Part shown: one piece after another, positions 18,545 to 30,500 of the stretch
Position numbering within the stretch: position 1 is the first letter of the stretch
Layout: each line of letters begins with the position of its first letter
Source of the DNA: a virus
Lineage: Duplodnaviria > Caudoviricetes
Length of the DNA: 64,000 nucleotides
IMG/VR virus record: IMGVR_UViG_3300021387_001774
Location: 199,687-263,686 of that record
Strand: one strand, 5' to 3'
Notes under the pieces: generated by a model
What the model was told of the DNA's origin: nothing
Seen by the model: only the letters and a program-made list of their open reading frames with translations
Databases searched by the model: none
Made by a program: the position numbers and the translations under genes

Positions 18545-18765
18545 AGAGTATATAGGTGAAGGGCAACAACCTGTATACTTATATGATTAGAGCCAACTTG
18601 GTAGAGGCTTTAGTTGTATGTACCTCTTATATTGAAGAGTGGGTTTCGCCGCCCACTCTTCTTTTTTTATACTGTTAGAGAGAGAGTGTCAATTATATAT
18701 TATATTAATAGTAAGGAATGGAAATTGGTTCCATATCCGAAAGAGATTTCATTAAGGAGTCAATT

Positions 18766-19353
18766 ATGGAAAATCTCAGAGAAATTAATGATGACATTAT
18801 GCTTTATGTCATTAAAAGATCAAGCAGTTCACATGAAGAATATACGGGGATTCCACTCCCCGTATATTTTGTAGATCTACGTGATCTTTACAAAAATGCT
18901 ATTGAGGTCGGCATTTTTGATTATATAGCTGACCTCACGGCTGGATCGTCAGCATTCTGTTTCAGATACGGAATAGTTTGCGATGAACGGATCAAGAATA
19001 ATTCTGAATTGGCCTTTATTCTTCATCATGAGGCAGGTCATATCTTAAATGGAGACATTTATGAACCTTCTGATGATGATGAAAAGGAGTATGCTGCAGA
19101 TCGTCATGCTTATGATGTGACACACCATATTCCTGATTTTAGTAAGATGATCATTGATTATGCGATTCATTGTTTCGATGAATTCACTGATCAAGAGATC
19201 AATGAAATAACTTCAGGGAATTTCAGCGGCCTTGAAGATTATAGAATGACTGCTGAAAAGATGCTTTCTGAGAGCGAATGTGGAGAAGCTTTGACTCTTA
19301 GAAAATTAAAACTGCAAGAGTACATAAACTCTAAAAACGAGTTTAATTATTAG
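18766..19353 (+). CDS. HExxH zinc metallopeptidase (ImmA/IrrE-like); start reassigned to ATG 18766
   Basis: LHHEAGH...EKEYAADRHA; AAGGAG RBS at 18754. Confidence 0.75.
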   Translation: MENLREINDDIMLYVIKRSSSSHEEYTGIPLPVYFVDLRDLYKNAIEVGIFDYIADLTAGSSAFCFRYGIVCDERIKNNSELAFILHHEAGHILNGDIYEPSDDDEKEYAADRHAYDVTHHIPDFSKMIIDYAIHCFDEFTDQEINEITSGNFSGLEDYRMTAEKMLSESECGEALTLRKLKLQEYINSKNEFNY

Positions 19354-19481
19354 TAGTCCTGAATTAATTAAATCGTGGGGGGTGAAATGCTCCCACGATT
19401 TAATTTTTTTAATATTTTTTTAATTATATATTATATTAATGTAAAAGGATCGTTGATCCTTAAATATTTTAACCAAAAAGT

Positions 19482-19552
19482 ACCTGAGTAGGAGAAATGA
19501 AAGGGTCGCCTAGAGAAAGGTCTACTATGTTATAGGGATAATCACAAAGGAG
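19482..19552 (+). promoter_or_regulatory. conserved structured 5' leader RNA, copy A
   Basis: ACCT-GAGTAGGAGAAATGAAA-GGGT, hairpin, CTA, hairpin, GGATAA; other copies at 30656, 46426, 47032 and 57801. Confidence 0.8.
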
Positions 19553-19557
19553 CAATT

Positions 19558-20163
19558 ATGAAATATACTGCTAAGACAAACGGAAAGATTACTTATGATG
19601 TTAAGGCAACAGACAATGCTACAGGCGTCATTACTAATCTTTGGAAAAAGATCTCAGGCATTATTTCAAATTCAAAAGAAGACACCAGTACCCAAAAGGT
19701 TGAAAAACCTGAAGGGGGGTTGATCGCTGGTGGTGTTTTCGAATGGAATGTCGAAGCAAATCTCGATATTACAGTCGAAGAAATGGCTGAGTTATTTAAG
19801 ATCAGCAAGGAGAATGATCTCCATGCCTGGGATCTTCTCAAAACCGCCGGAAAAGATCTCGTAAAGGGATCAAGAGTCCTTCTCAACGAATTCAAGGCAC
19901 AGGGTCCAGAATGGATGGACGCTGTGCACTCCATGGACCTCATATCTGAGGATCAGGAAAAGGAGCGTGAGCTCCATAAGTTCAGAAATGAACGTGAGCT
20001 CGATGCCGAGATTAAGAAGGCTGGCTGGACTCGTAAAGGTTCATTCTGGTATGAAAATGAGACAGAGGGTCGTAAAACCTCAGTCCATTTCAACGGCTTC
20101 AAGAAGGACAAAAAGGATGAACCTCACAAGGGTTCATTCGACAACCTCAACGACGAGGAGTAG
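19558..20163 (+). CDS. hypothetical early cassette protein
   Basis: AAGGAG RBS; GC higher than flanking genes. Confidence 0.85.
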   Translation: MKYTAKTNGKITYDVKATDNATGVITNLWKKISGIISNSKEDTSTQKVEKPEGGLIAGGVFEWNVEANLDITVEEMAELFKISKENDLHAWDLLKTAGKDLVKGSRVLLNEFKAQGPEWMDAVHSMDLISEDQEKERELHKFRNERELDAEIKKAGWTRKGSFWYENETEGRKTSVHFNGFKKDKKDEPHKGSFDNLNDEE

Positions 20164-20300
20164 GATTTCTCCCTCTGTAAAAAGAGGGAGTTAGACTAAA
20201 AAACGGAGGAAGAGGTAGAGAGATTTACATCTCTCTACCTCTATTTTTTTTCTTTTATACTTAAAGAAAGACAATTCTATATACGAAAAGGTACTATTTT

Positions 20301-21008
20301 ATGCGTAAACTAAATGAATTAACAACAAACAAGATGGTAAATTTAGTATCTAAAGAAACCAAAAATGGCAATGTAATTATATCTATGGAAGATTCTAAGT
20401 ATTACTATTTACCATTTGATAAATCGTATTTGGATCTTAGTGATCCTAAAATACGTACTTCTTTTATAAAACATGTAGAGAAAATTGTTAGAACTAGTAA
20501 ATTATATAAGAAATATATTAATTATCTTAAAACTGATATTGGATTAACACATTGTGCAGTATTTGGTAATATTGATGCTAAAAAAGGAGATAAGACTAAA
20601 ATAGAAATGCATCATGGACCAGTATTTACACTTTATGATTATGTAAGTATTGTTCTTGAGAAATATATTACTGAGAAAAAAGATATTAATACATTTGATA
20701 TTGCTGATGAAGTATTAGATCTTCATAAAAGAAAATTAGTACAAACAGTAATGTTATCACAATCTGTACATAAATCAATGGATAATAAAAAATTAGCACC
20801 ATTTATTTCATTAGATATGACATTTGGTGATTTATTTGGTTTTATAAAAGAATATGGAAGATATTTCTCTCCGCAACACAGAGCTGATCTTAAAATATAT
20901 CTTAATAAACATATTACTAATTCTAATATGGATTTGAATATGTTTAAACCAATATTTACAAAATACAATATTAAATTTGTAGATAAACGATTAGGAGAAC
21001 CAACATGA
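20301..21008 (+). CDS. late protein with degenerate HNH-like motif
   Basis: CAVFG...IEMHHGP...LSQSVH; late promoter at 20270. Confidence 0.65.
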   Translation: MRKLNELTTNKMVNLVSKETKNGNVIISMEDSKYYYLPFDKSYLDLSDPKIRTSFIKHVEKIVRTSKLYKKYINYLKTDIGLTHCAVFGNIDAKKGDKTKIEMHHGPVFTLYDYVSIVLEKYITEKKDINTFDIADEVLDLHKRKLVQTVMLSQSVHKSMDNKKLAPFISLDMTFGDLFGFIKEYGRYFSPQHRADLKIYLNKHITNSNMDLNMFKPIFTKYNIKFVDKRLGEPT

Positions 21009-24000
21009 GTTTTGAATCAGTATATCGAAGTAGACAAGGTGTTGGAGAAATAACAAAGATATCAGATTTTATAGGTTCATTAGTTATAAAAAATCAATAC
21101 GAAGCAAACAAAGCTGAGACATCTGAATCATTATACGAATACATAAAGTATCATGGAGCTTATACTAAAACAGATGACTTTACAGATTATGCTCTAGAAG
21201 ATAGACGTTTGTATAAAGATTTTGCTTATGGTTATCTTAGAACTATAAATAAATCTTATGCTTTCGATAAATCTATTCTTAATACTATTACTGAGTTTAG
21301 AATAGATACTCTTAATAAACGACTTGATATAAAAGATCCTCTTATAACAGATTATCTTACAGCTTTACGTTTAGCTAGAATATATATGTATGACGAAAAG
21401 AATCTATATTATCGTCAATTTCTTGGTAAACCTTCTCCATTATCTGAACCTATTTGGGTAATAAATAAAGATGTTGGTATTGATGGATTTACTAAAGTTG
21501 AAGATCTGTCTTCTCCACCAATTCCCACATATATTTATTATTCAAAAGATCCAAACAGTGTAGAGAATAATTTTATTCTTTTAGGTCAGTTATCTTCATG
21601 GACCAAAATCGATGAAGAAACTGGTAATGAAGTTCCTATAGCAGATGAATTTTATTTTTTGAATTATATAAAGATAGAAGAAATATCAGATAAAGATACG
21701 ACACCATTAACGTATAACTTCTATATTTTACAAAATCATATAGCAGAAATTATTAAAGATCATCCAGATGAATATTATCTTAGATTTATTGGATCAGGAT
21801 TTACACCTTTCTATCTTAGATCTCTAGAGAATTATTCTATCATTAAATATGATAATACTGTATTATCTAATACAGAGCTTTTTTATTTCTTTAAAGCTTA
21901 TGATAAAGCAAAGAAACAAGTTGTTTTGGATTACATAAATGGTTTTGATTCTAAACAACCATTATACAATTTATTGATGATACAGAATCTTTTGTATTAT
22001 ACTGTAATAAATTATTCTAATTCATATATAGAACGTTATTCAGTAGGCATTTATACAAAAGAAAATTGTGATGATATTTTATCATCTTATGGATATGATT
22101 CACTTATAAATGTTTCTGACCTTTCTATTAAACAGAGAATTGTTAGAAATCTTAATGAATTGATATCTAATAAAGGTAACAACTATATTCTTGAAATTAT
22201 TCTTAATAAAATACTACAGGATCCAAATGTAGAACTTAAACGTTATTATCTTGAAAAGAAATATAGAGTAAAAGATACTGATGCATCTATTGATATCGAT
22301 ACAACAAAAGGATTAGAGAATTCTATTTCGTTAGTATTCCGTGAAGTTCCCGCTTTGTCTATTCAAGATTCACATTCTTCAGCAGATAAATATAGGGATT
22401 ATGATCAGTTTGTTGATAATGATGATATGTGGGGTGGAATAACCTCTAATGATTCAAACGATGTCAAAATAACTAAGAAAGAATATATAAAGAAGAAATT
22501 GATTTCAAGTAACTTTAGTTCTATATTAACTAAATATATAACTCTTACAAGAACTATTGATATTCAAGAATCTCAACGTTCTTTGAGAGATATGATTTAT
22601 ATGATGCTCAAATATATAAATGAGTATTATTCTGATGAATTCTTTAAACTAAAAATAAATTTTGATAAATACAGTGTTACACCTGCTGGGTTATTTGCTG
22701 CATTATGTTGGACACAACAAATGAAGAACTCTAAGAATCTTATTAGTGATTCTGGTTTGGAAGCAGAAGATGTGGTACAAAACAATCGTTTTGACGATGC
22801 TGATGTAATCTGTTATGATGAATGTGTTATAACTAGTTCTGTAGTTTTCCGTAAGATGGGGTTACTTTCTGTTGATATAAACAATATTGAAAATAATATG
22901 ATTATAATTAACGGAAAACCTGTTAAAGTTATGGATATATCTCCAGAGATTGCATCATGGAAAGTTATAGATTTTATAAAAGAAAACCCAGATCTTTTTG
23001 TAGAATTATTAAAAGATATAGATATTGATGGTACAACTATTCCTACAGCCAGATTCACAGATGTTAAACTGATGGATGGTGTTGTTAGCGAAAAAGGTAT
23101 ACTTACTATGGAAGAAGCTCCAAAAGATGGATTTAAACATCTTGTTGATTATAATGAACAAATTGATGACTTCCTAGTACATTTCCGTTATTATGAGAAT
23201 GGTGAACAACTTGGTGAAATTACCGCTAAGACAACCTTCGCTGAATTAGTAATGGATTATAAAAATCAATATCCTAATCTTATAGATAAGATAACAAAGA
23301 AATTACAAAAGTCTTATGACTTCAGAGAATTCCAAGCTTGGCAATATATGCTCCAGCAGTCTAGGACTAATAACTCTATAGGATTCATATTTAAAGGTTA
23401 TCACAGATTTACAGATTTCTTAGATTATGTGGAATCGAATGGTCTTATAGATTATTTAAACACAGTTATTCCAGTAAGAAATGGTAGATATAAACTATCC
23501 GATGTTATATTTGCTCAAAATGAAATAAATACAGCATTTAAAACGTGGGTTACAGATTCATTCTCAACATTAGTCTACACAGGATCAATGAATGATGACG
23601 GTACAGTAAATACAGCAAGTGATAGTTCATTCGTTAATGATATGAAACTTTTATTTGATGAATTTTTATCTGTATTTTCTCAGTTGTATTCTGTTGATTA
23701 TGATTATTCGTTTGGTGGTGGGGCTGAAACCGGTGGTCTATATTTACAGTTATTCTACAATCCAATCTCGACATTAATAAAAGATAGTTATCGTGATAAG
23801 ATAGGTATTTATGGTGGACTGAAATCTAATTCAGAAGATAATTTTGAAGATAAGATTGAACTCAAACATACGTATACTACAGAAAAAACTGATAGTTTCT
23901 ACGACAACATTAATAATAATGTTGAAATAGATGAGGATGATAATGTAATTCTCGACGATCAGTTTAAATATGAAGCTTCTACTCATATGGGAGAATCATT

Positions 24001-24139
24001 CTATGATAAGATTGGAGTAACTGAAAAAACAAATATTCATGCTGCGGATTATATCGAAGACTCGATGAAATTACGTGGTATTCTTACAATAACTACATCT
24101 TCAGGAGAAAAGAAGGTATATTATGAAAAAGATAATTAA
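21005..24139 (+). CDS. large virion structural protein (baseplate wedge-like)
   Basis: 1044 aa in a late operon, next to a baseplate-like gene; function inferred. Confidence 0.6.
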   Translation: MSFESVYRSRQGVGEITKISDFIGSLVIKNQYEANKAETSESLYEYIKYHGAYTKTDDFTDYALEDRRLYKDFAYGYLRTINKSYAFDKSILNTITEFRIDTLNKRLDIKDPLITDYLTALRLARIYMYDEKNLYYRQFLGKPSPLSEPIWVINKDVGIDGFTKVEDLSSPPIPTYIYYSKDPNSVENNFILLGQLSSWTKIDEETGNEVPIADEFYFLNYIKIEEISDKDTTPLTYNFYILQNHIAEIIKDHPDEYYLRFIGSGFTPFYLRSLENYSIIKYDNTVLSNTELFYFFKAYDKAKKQVVLDYINGFDSKQPLYNLLMIQNLLYYTVINYSNSYIERYSVGIYTKENCDDILSSYGYDSLINVSDLSIKQRIVRNLNELISNKGNNYILEIILNKILQDPNVELKRYYLEKKYRVKDTDASIDIDTTKGLENSISLVFREVPALSIQDSHSSADKYRDYDQFVDNDDMWGGITSNDSNDVKITKKEYIKKKLISSNFSSILTKYITLTRTIDIQESQRSLRDMIYMMLKYINEYYSDEFFKLKINFDKYSVTPAGLFAALCWTQQMKNSKNLISDSGLEAEDVVQNNRFDDADVICYDECVITSSVVFRKMGLLSVDINNIENNMIIINGKPVKVMDISPEIASWKVIDFIKENPDLFVELLKDIDIDGTTIPTARFTDVKLMDGVVSEKGILTMEEAPKDGFKHLVDYNEQIDDFLVHFRYYENGEQLGEITAKTTFAELVMDYKNQYPNLIDKITKKLQKSYDFREFQAWQYMLQQSRTNNSIGFIFKGYHRFTDFLDYVESNGLIDYLNTVIPVRNGRYKLSDVIFAQNEINTAFKTWVTDSFSTLVYTGSMNDDGTVNTASDSSFVNDMKLLFDEFLSVFSQLYSVDYDYSFGGGAETGGLYLQLFYNPISTLIKDSYRDKIGIYGGLKSNSEDNFEDKIELKHTYTTEKTDSFYDNINNNVEIDEDDNVILDDQFKYEASTHMGESFYDKIGVTEKTNIHAADYIEDSMKLRGILTITTSSGEKKVYYEKDN

Positions 24140-25157
24140 TTTGTCTGACGGTATTGTTACCAGAGATTCGATAAAAATCGATGAACATAAGACAGGTTTC
24201 AATACAGAAATTCTTATAACTGCAAAGAACTGTCGTCATGATGGTTCCATTGAACAACAAGTTCTTCATAATCAAACTGTTTTGCCAGGAAGAACGCAAC
24301 TTCTAGAAAGTGTTTTCCCCGTTAGACCAAATATTGAAGATCAACATATCTTCATTAATGATAATGTTCTTGGAGCTTTTGATCCAAATACTGGTGCAGA
24401 TCCAGTTAATGTAGAAAAGATCGAAGGTCTTTCACAGAATTTCGATAGTTCAAAACTTCCTAGAAACAATATGAGTTTGTTTAGAAGAAGAAAGGTTGCT
24501 TATTGGTGTGCTGGTGACGGTGCTATCAATAGAACAGTTCTTAGTCAAGCATATCCTCCACATTCTACAAACGCTAGATTGTATCACATGATTCCATTTA
24601 TCGTTGTAGATGATAAGAGTTTGATTAATAAGAATATTTATAAAGGAATTGTTCATTATAGTAACAATCATCCTCTTGCTGGTAAATGGGGAGCATATTT
24701 CAAGAAGATTGAATTCAACAGTCTTGATGGAATTAATATGCTTGTTGATAAAGTACCATATTCACCATCATGGGGAGATACGGCTACAGATCTTAATGCA
24801 GAAACTCCAGGATATGTCAATAAGTTTAAGGGTGATAAAACACAACTAAACTATATTGATCTTAAAATGGATGTTAACTCTACAGAATTTAAAGAATGGT
24901 TCCAACGTATGGATGGTACAATTGCTAATGCTACTATTAGTGAAATTGGACTTATCACAGGTTTGGATGCATATCTTATGGAATCTGGTAATCTTGGATG
25001 TGTTGAAGATTTGAATCCTGATGATCCATCTTATACTCAGAATGCTCAAAATTCTGAAGTATTTGATGCTGAGCTTTTCTCTCATCTCACATTTGATCCA
25101 TATCCAGTATCTAGAGAGAATAATACTTTGACATTCAATTATAGAATTTATTCTTAA
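24123..25157 (+). CDS. baseplate/tail-fibre attachment-like structural protein
   Basis: YWCAGDG...ISEIGLITG...FSHLTF...LTFNYRIY pattern typical of tail-collar/baseplate domains. Confidence 0.6.
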   Translation: MKKIINLSDGIVTRDSIKIDEHKTGFNTEILITAKNCRHDGSIEQQVLHNQTVLPGRTQLLESVFPVRPNIEDQHIFINDNVLGAFDPNTGADPVNVEKIEGLSQNFDSSKLPRNNMSLFRRRKVAYWCAGDGAINRTVLSQAYPPHSTNARLYHMIPFIVVDDKSLINKNIYKGIVHYSNNHPLAGKWGAYFKKIEFNSLDGINMLVDKVPYSPSWGDTATDLNAETPGYVNKFKGDKTQLNYIDLKMDVNSTEFKEWFQRMDGTIANATISEIGLITGLDAYLMESGNLGCVEDLNPDDPSYTQNAQNSEVFDAELFSHLTFDPYPVSRENNTLTFNYRIYS

Positions 25158-25481
25158 TTAAACTTTAAGATAGAGTAGAAATACTCTATCTTAAAATTTC
25201 TGTTCAAACCCCATGTCTAATTATATATTATATTAATGAACACATATATAAAACATCTGTTTCATAAGCCTAAATGTGTTCAAGGGGGTGAATTAATATG
25301 GATACAGATGTAGAGATTGACATCGAAGGTTATATTGAATCTAATCTATAAAGATTGATTCGACCTTCGATGAGAAATTTTATTAAAGAAAGGGATCAAA
25401 TGATCCCTTTCTTTTTTTTAATTATATATTATATTAGTGAGTGGGAAAACAAAGAAATATATCCTACTAAGGGAGAAATTT

Positions 25482-25730
25482 ATGTTAAAGTTGAGAACGA
25501 TCTTAAAGTACACGTATGGAATTCCTTATACGTATAACTATGATCTAGGTTCGAGAGAATGGGTTCGAGAAGATGGATTGGTCACATTTACAACTTCGGT
25601 AATAGTTCAATTAATAAATGAACGTCGTTTGAAGGTTGTAGAGCAAAACTTTAAAACTCATCTTATAAAAGACGGAGAATCTTTAATCGAAGCCATTCAA
25701 ATGTCTAGATTATGTAATAAGATCGCTTAA
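25482..25730 (+). CDS. small early protein (start ATG 25482)
   Basis: AAGGGAG RBS. Confidence 0.7.
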   Translation: MLKLRTILKYTYGIPYTYNYDLGSREWVREDGLVTFTTSVIVQLINERRLKVVEQNFKTHLIKDGESLIEAIQMSRLCNKIA

Positions 25731-25833
25731 TATCACTACAGCTTTTAAAGAAAGTGGATTAGTTCCACTTTCTTTTTTTTTTAATTTAATCCTTAACCGA
25801 AAACATCATAATATACAAACATTGAGGTAAATT

Positions 25834-27525
25834 ATGGCTGCTAACAAAAGTATGTTACTTGATTTATACGATATTGAAAGAGATATCGCATTACACGGAT
25901 GGAAAGAAGTAACCACTGCCCAATATTTTATACCTAATACAAAAGAAATACATCCTAATGGATTATTTTCTAAAGAAATATTTGGAGAGCCTGGTACTGA
26001 AGATAGAGAGAAAATGTGGGGCTATATTAGTTTAAATGAAACTTTTATGAATCCTCAAGCTTATTATGTATTATCTAGACTTAAGAAAAATATTGCTGAA
26101 GATATGAAGACTGGTATGAATAGATATTATGTTGATTCTACTGGTGAAATAACTAAGTTACCTAAAGGTCAGACTGTTCCAGAAAGTGCTAAGTATAAAG
26201 TAATTGGCTCTGGTTTTGATTGGCTTAAAGATGCTTGGCCTCATATTTCTTGGAAGATTACTAAGGATATGACTAAGACTGCTAAGGTACGTAGAAAGTT
26301 CTTAAAGACTTTCCCTATCTCAGCAATATTTTGGAATAAATTTCCTATAATGCCTGCGTTTTATAGAGACGTTGATTACAATTCAAACAAACAGAACGTA
26401 ATAAATAAACAATATATTAAACTCATCCATATTGCACAGATTATCAAAACTACTGATAATCTTATGTTTAGTGATGATTATGATACACCACTTAAATCTA
26501 TTTCGTATTCAAAATGTCAAGATCTTATGAATGAGATATCTAAATTCTTTTTTGATATGTTAGGTGGTGCAAATGGTTTTATCAATAAACATGTTGCTGG
26601 TAAACAAACTGATTATGGTGCACGTCTTGTTATCTCTACATGTACTTCAAACTATGAAACAGTGAACGATATGGAAACAGATTTCTTTACTAGTGCTGTA
26701 CCATTATCTGTAGCTATAAACATTTTTGCACCATTCATGATTTATAATGTAAAACAATGGGTGCAAGGTTTTGTATCTGGACGACGTTTTTTAAGTTGTT
26801 ATGATTTTAAAACTAAAGAATATGTTTCTAAAGAAATGGCTCCATCGTATATGGATGAATTTACATCAGATAATATTCGTAAAATGATGGACTTATATAA
26901 AAAGAATAAGAAGTATAGAGTAGAGCCTATGACTTTAAAAGGTGCAGATGGTGAAAGAATTCCTATACAAGCTTTAATTAAAGTTGAGCCAAGTACAAAT
27001 AAAATCAATGTATCTATACTCGATAATAATGTTAAAATAGATATGGAAAATACAACAATACGCAATTTAACACATTGTGAATTTTTCCACATAATTGCTA
27101 CACAGTGTCTTAATGATAAATGTATAGATATTTGTCGTTATCCTGTTGATGATTATTATCACGTTTATCCATCTAAAATGAATATAATACCTTCTAATAA
27201 ATATACGAAAGTATTTTTTAATGGTGTAGAAGTAAAAAGATACCCTATTCTCAAATATGAAACTGAAGAAGAAATTGAACACATGTTTGTAGATACTTTA
27301 AAAATGTTCTCTATTTATCCTGCATCTCTTGGTGGAGATTTTGATGGAGACCAAGTATCTGTACAAGGAATTTTCTCTGATGAAGCTAATGCTGAAGCTA
27401 TTAAACAAATGAATAGTGTATCACACTTTGTTGGTTTGGATGGTTCAGTTATGCGAACATTACCACTTGGTGTTAGACATGGATTACATTGTTTAACATA
27501 CAAAAATAGAAAAACTGGAGTATAA
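25834..27525 (+). CDS. rpoC: phage RNA polymerase beta' subunit, N-terminal/catalytic part (probably virion RNAP)
   Basis: GLFSKEIFG...WGYISL, GKQTDYGARLVI, RYP, catalytic GGDFDGDQ; late promoter at 25802. Confidence 0.9.
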   Translation: MAANKSMLLDLYDIERDIALHGWKEVTTAQYFIPNTKEIHPNGLFSKEIFGEPGTEDREKMWGYISLNETFMNPQAYYVLSRLKKNIAEDMKTGMNRYYVDSTGEITKLPKGQTVPESAKYKVIGSGFDWLKDAWPHISWKITKDMTKTAKVRRKFLKTFPISAIFWNKFPIMPAFYRDVDYNSNKQNVINKQYIKLIHIAQIIKTTDNLMFSDDYDTPLKSISYSKCQDLMNEISKFFFDMLGGANGFINKHVAGKQTDYGARLVISTCTSNYETVNDMETDFFTSAVPLSVAINIFAPFMIYNVKQWVQGFVSGRRFLSCYDFKTKEYVSKEMAPSYMDEFTSDNIRKMMDLYKKNKKYRVEPMTLKGADGERIPIQALIKVEPSTNKINVSILDNNVKIDMENTTIRNLTHCEFFHIIATQCLNDKCIDICRYPVDDYYHVYPSKMNIIPSNKYTKVFFNGVEVKRYPILKYETEEEIEHMFVDTLKMFSIYPASLGGDFDGDQVSVQGIFSDEANAEAIKQMNSVSHFVGLDGSVMRTLPLGVRHGLHCLTYKNRKTGV

Positions 27526-27528
27526 TGT

Positions 27529-30500
27529 ATGGACAAAAAGAAATCAAATAACGATGATCCATTGAATAACGAAACAAATAACATTATTTATGCGGATCAT
27601 TATGGACTAACTCCACAATTTGTAAAACAGAATAAAGATAAAATAGAAGATATAGAGAAACGTGTTAAAAAGTCATTACAGATTGATGAATCTTCTGATG
27701 ATACTAAAGCGTTGTATAACACAATGGGTACTATGCAGAAGATTATTCAAAAGACATATATTTCCGATTCTTTTGATAATAATCTTAATATAACACCCAA
27801 ATCTCCATATAGTTCATTTACTACTAGAGATGGTATGCGAATGGTTTATGGAGATGCTGAAAACTACGAAGATAATCTTCTTTTTAGTTATCATTCTTCT
27901 CTATTCTCCAATTATAGAAATCTTGTTTCAGAATATAGAAATATCTCACGTCTTATTAATGAAGTTGATAGATGTGCAGATATGAAATCTAGAGATATTT
28001 TAGCTATCAATGAAATTACAAAGAAAGCTATTACAAACGTTTATCAACCTGAATCTTTAGATAAGAATAAAAACTTACCACAGAATTTAATAAATGATCC
28101 AGTAAATAAAGCGTTACAGGAAGAAATCCTTGATAGATATGAGATTGAAGATAAATTGCCTAGATATATTAAACTTTCTCTCATCGAAGGAGCAAGACCT
28201 GTAGCAATTTTTCCATTTAAAGATATTCTCGATATGGCTAATTATAATATCGAGTTATATCGTAAGAATTATGGAGATTTTAATCTTAATGAACAGAAAG
28301 CTGAAAGATCTGGAGAAAATTATCAAGAATTCTTGAGCTCTTATTGCAAAAGATCTCATAAGATTATTCCTTCTCAATTCTATGATAATTTTAATACTTT
28401 TGGTTCCGAAGATTTACATAGTACTAAAGAAGAAGCGTATAGAGCTAAACGTGATGCAATTATAAACAAATATGTTTCTACAGAAGAATTTAGAGAATAT
28501 GTAGATAGAGGTCGTGAAGATGTACATTCTACTTTAGATAAGAAAGAACATGAACGTCTTGTTGAAATCTATGGTAAGAATGCTATGAATACTTCAGATC
28601 TTATCGATGATACAAAGAAAGAATTTGAAGAACTTCATGCTAAAGTAAAAGTTGATGGTTCGTTATCTGAGCATTTTAAAGAACAAATTTTTAATGCTAT
28701 AAAGAAACTTGATGATAATATTGAGTTTTATGATGAAGGTGAATCATCGATGGCTTTTGCTATAAATAACTTTAGAAGGTTAATGCAATTCACTGCATAT
28801 AAAGAAGATCCACAAATGGGTCTTATTGCATATGGTGCAGTACAACAACCATCTGAAAAACAAAAAGCTAAGAATCCATTCTATGATCAAGATAATCCCG
28901 ATTATAAAAAAGGTATAGCTAAATCAAAGAAACCTAAATCGATTCTTGATGAGTTTGATGATTTTGATCAAAACTCTAAATCAGTCATGGACGATTGTCT
29001 TATTAAAGAATATGATGCTGAAGATGTTATTCCAGTAATTGTATCAGGAAAACATGTAGGTTATTATGTAATCGAAATGTCTCCATATACTGGAAACGTA
29101 GAATCTATAAATAAAAGAAACTGTAACTTTACAGATATGTTCTTGAATCTCGGTATGAATAATGATGTACCATTATCACCGTCTCCAGCTGTATCAGGTT
29201 CATTCTCATCTGGTGTAACATCTATGCCTCTTGGTGGAACTGGGCCAGCATCAGAAATTGGTGGTTTAGGTGTAGTTGGTGCAGGTTCTACTGCATTAGC
29301 TGGTGGAATGGATATATCTGGATTTGAAACAGGTCTTATTGGTGAAGATGCTCTAAGAAGAAATAACATTATGAAAAAAATTATCTTTAATGTACTTAAA
29401 GATAAGCTTAATCGTAAAGATATTGGTGATGACGAATCATTTACTGATACAATTATGGCTCTTATTAGAGATGGTGCAATTATACAAAATAAAGTAAAGA
29501 TTGTTTATATTCCTGAAAAATACATGTGTTATTTCACTCCAGGATTAGACGGAAATGGTATTCCTCAATCATTCTTAAAGAATTGTTTGTTTACTTGTTA
29601 TGAAAAGATTCTTATCAATATGAATAACGTAATGACAAGAATTACAAGAACAACAACTAGAGATATGATTAAGGTAAATGTTGGTAAAGCAAAGAATATG
29701 GGTGCTTCTATTAGATCTATTGAAAATGCTTTAACGACTAGACGACTTAATGTCGAATCACCATTTACATCACTTTCTAGAGTTCTTAAAGCTGCATCAT
29801 TATCAGAAACTATCGTTGTTCCTGTATTTGATGGAGAAACTTTATTTGAATATGAAGATCTTTCTACACATAATGAACCACAAACACAAGACGACTATGA
29901 AGAAAAACTTTCTAATCAGATTGTTACTGCTCTTAAATGTCCAGTAACTATAACGAATCCATATCAAGAAGAAGATTTTGCTTCTCTTGCGGCATCTAGA
30001 AATGCAGAATATAGATTTGATATTATTAGACATCAAAAAATATATACGAAAACAATCGAAAAGATGATCAAGCTTTTATTTGTTGGTTCAGGATTATATG
30101 ACAAACTAAAGAAAAGCGGTATAAAAAATATTAGTCTTAAAAATATTCATGTTAACTTAGCTCCACCTGAATCGCTCAATATGCAACATGCTAATGAGTT
30201 ATTTAGTACTGTTTCATCTTATGTTGAGAATATTATTGGTGTTATTATTAATCCTGATGATTCTTCAGAAACAACCAATATGCAAAGATGGTTGTTTAAG
30301 CAGAAATTGTATCAGAGATTTATGCCAGGTATCGATTTCGAAACTTTCCTTAATGATGCTAATGATCTTCTTGATGAGGCTAGAGTTAAGACAGTTAGAC
30401 AGAAACAAGACGATAGTATTAATAATGAACTTGTTAATACAACATTTGAACCTGTACAACTGGACGATGAAGGAAACCCAATCACTAGAGACGATTCCAA

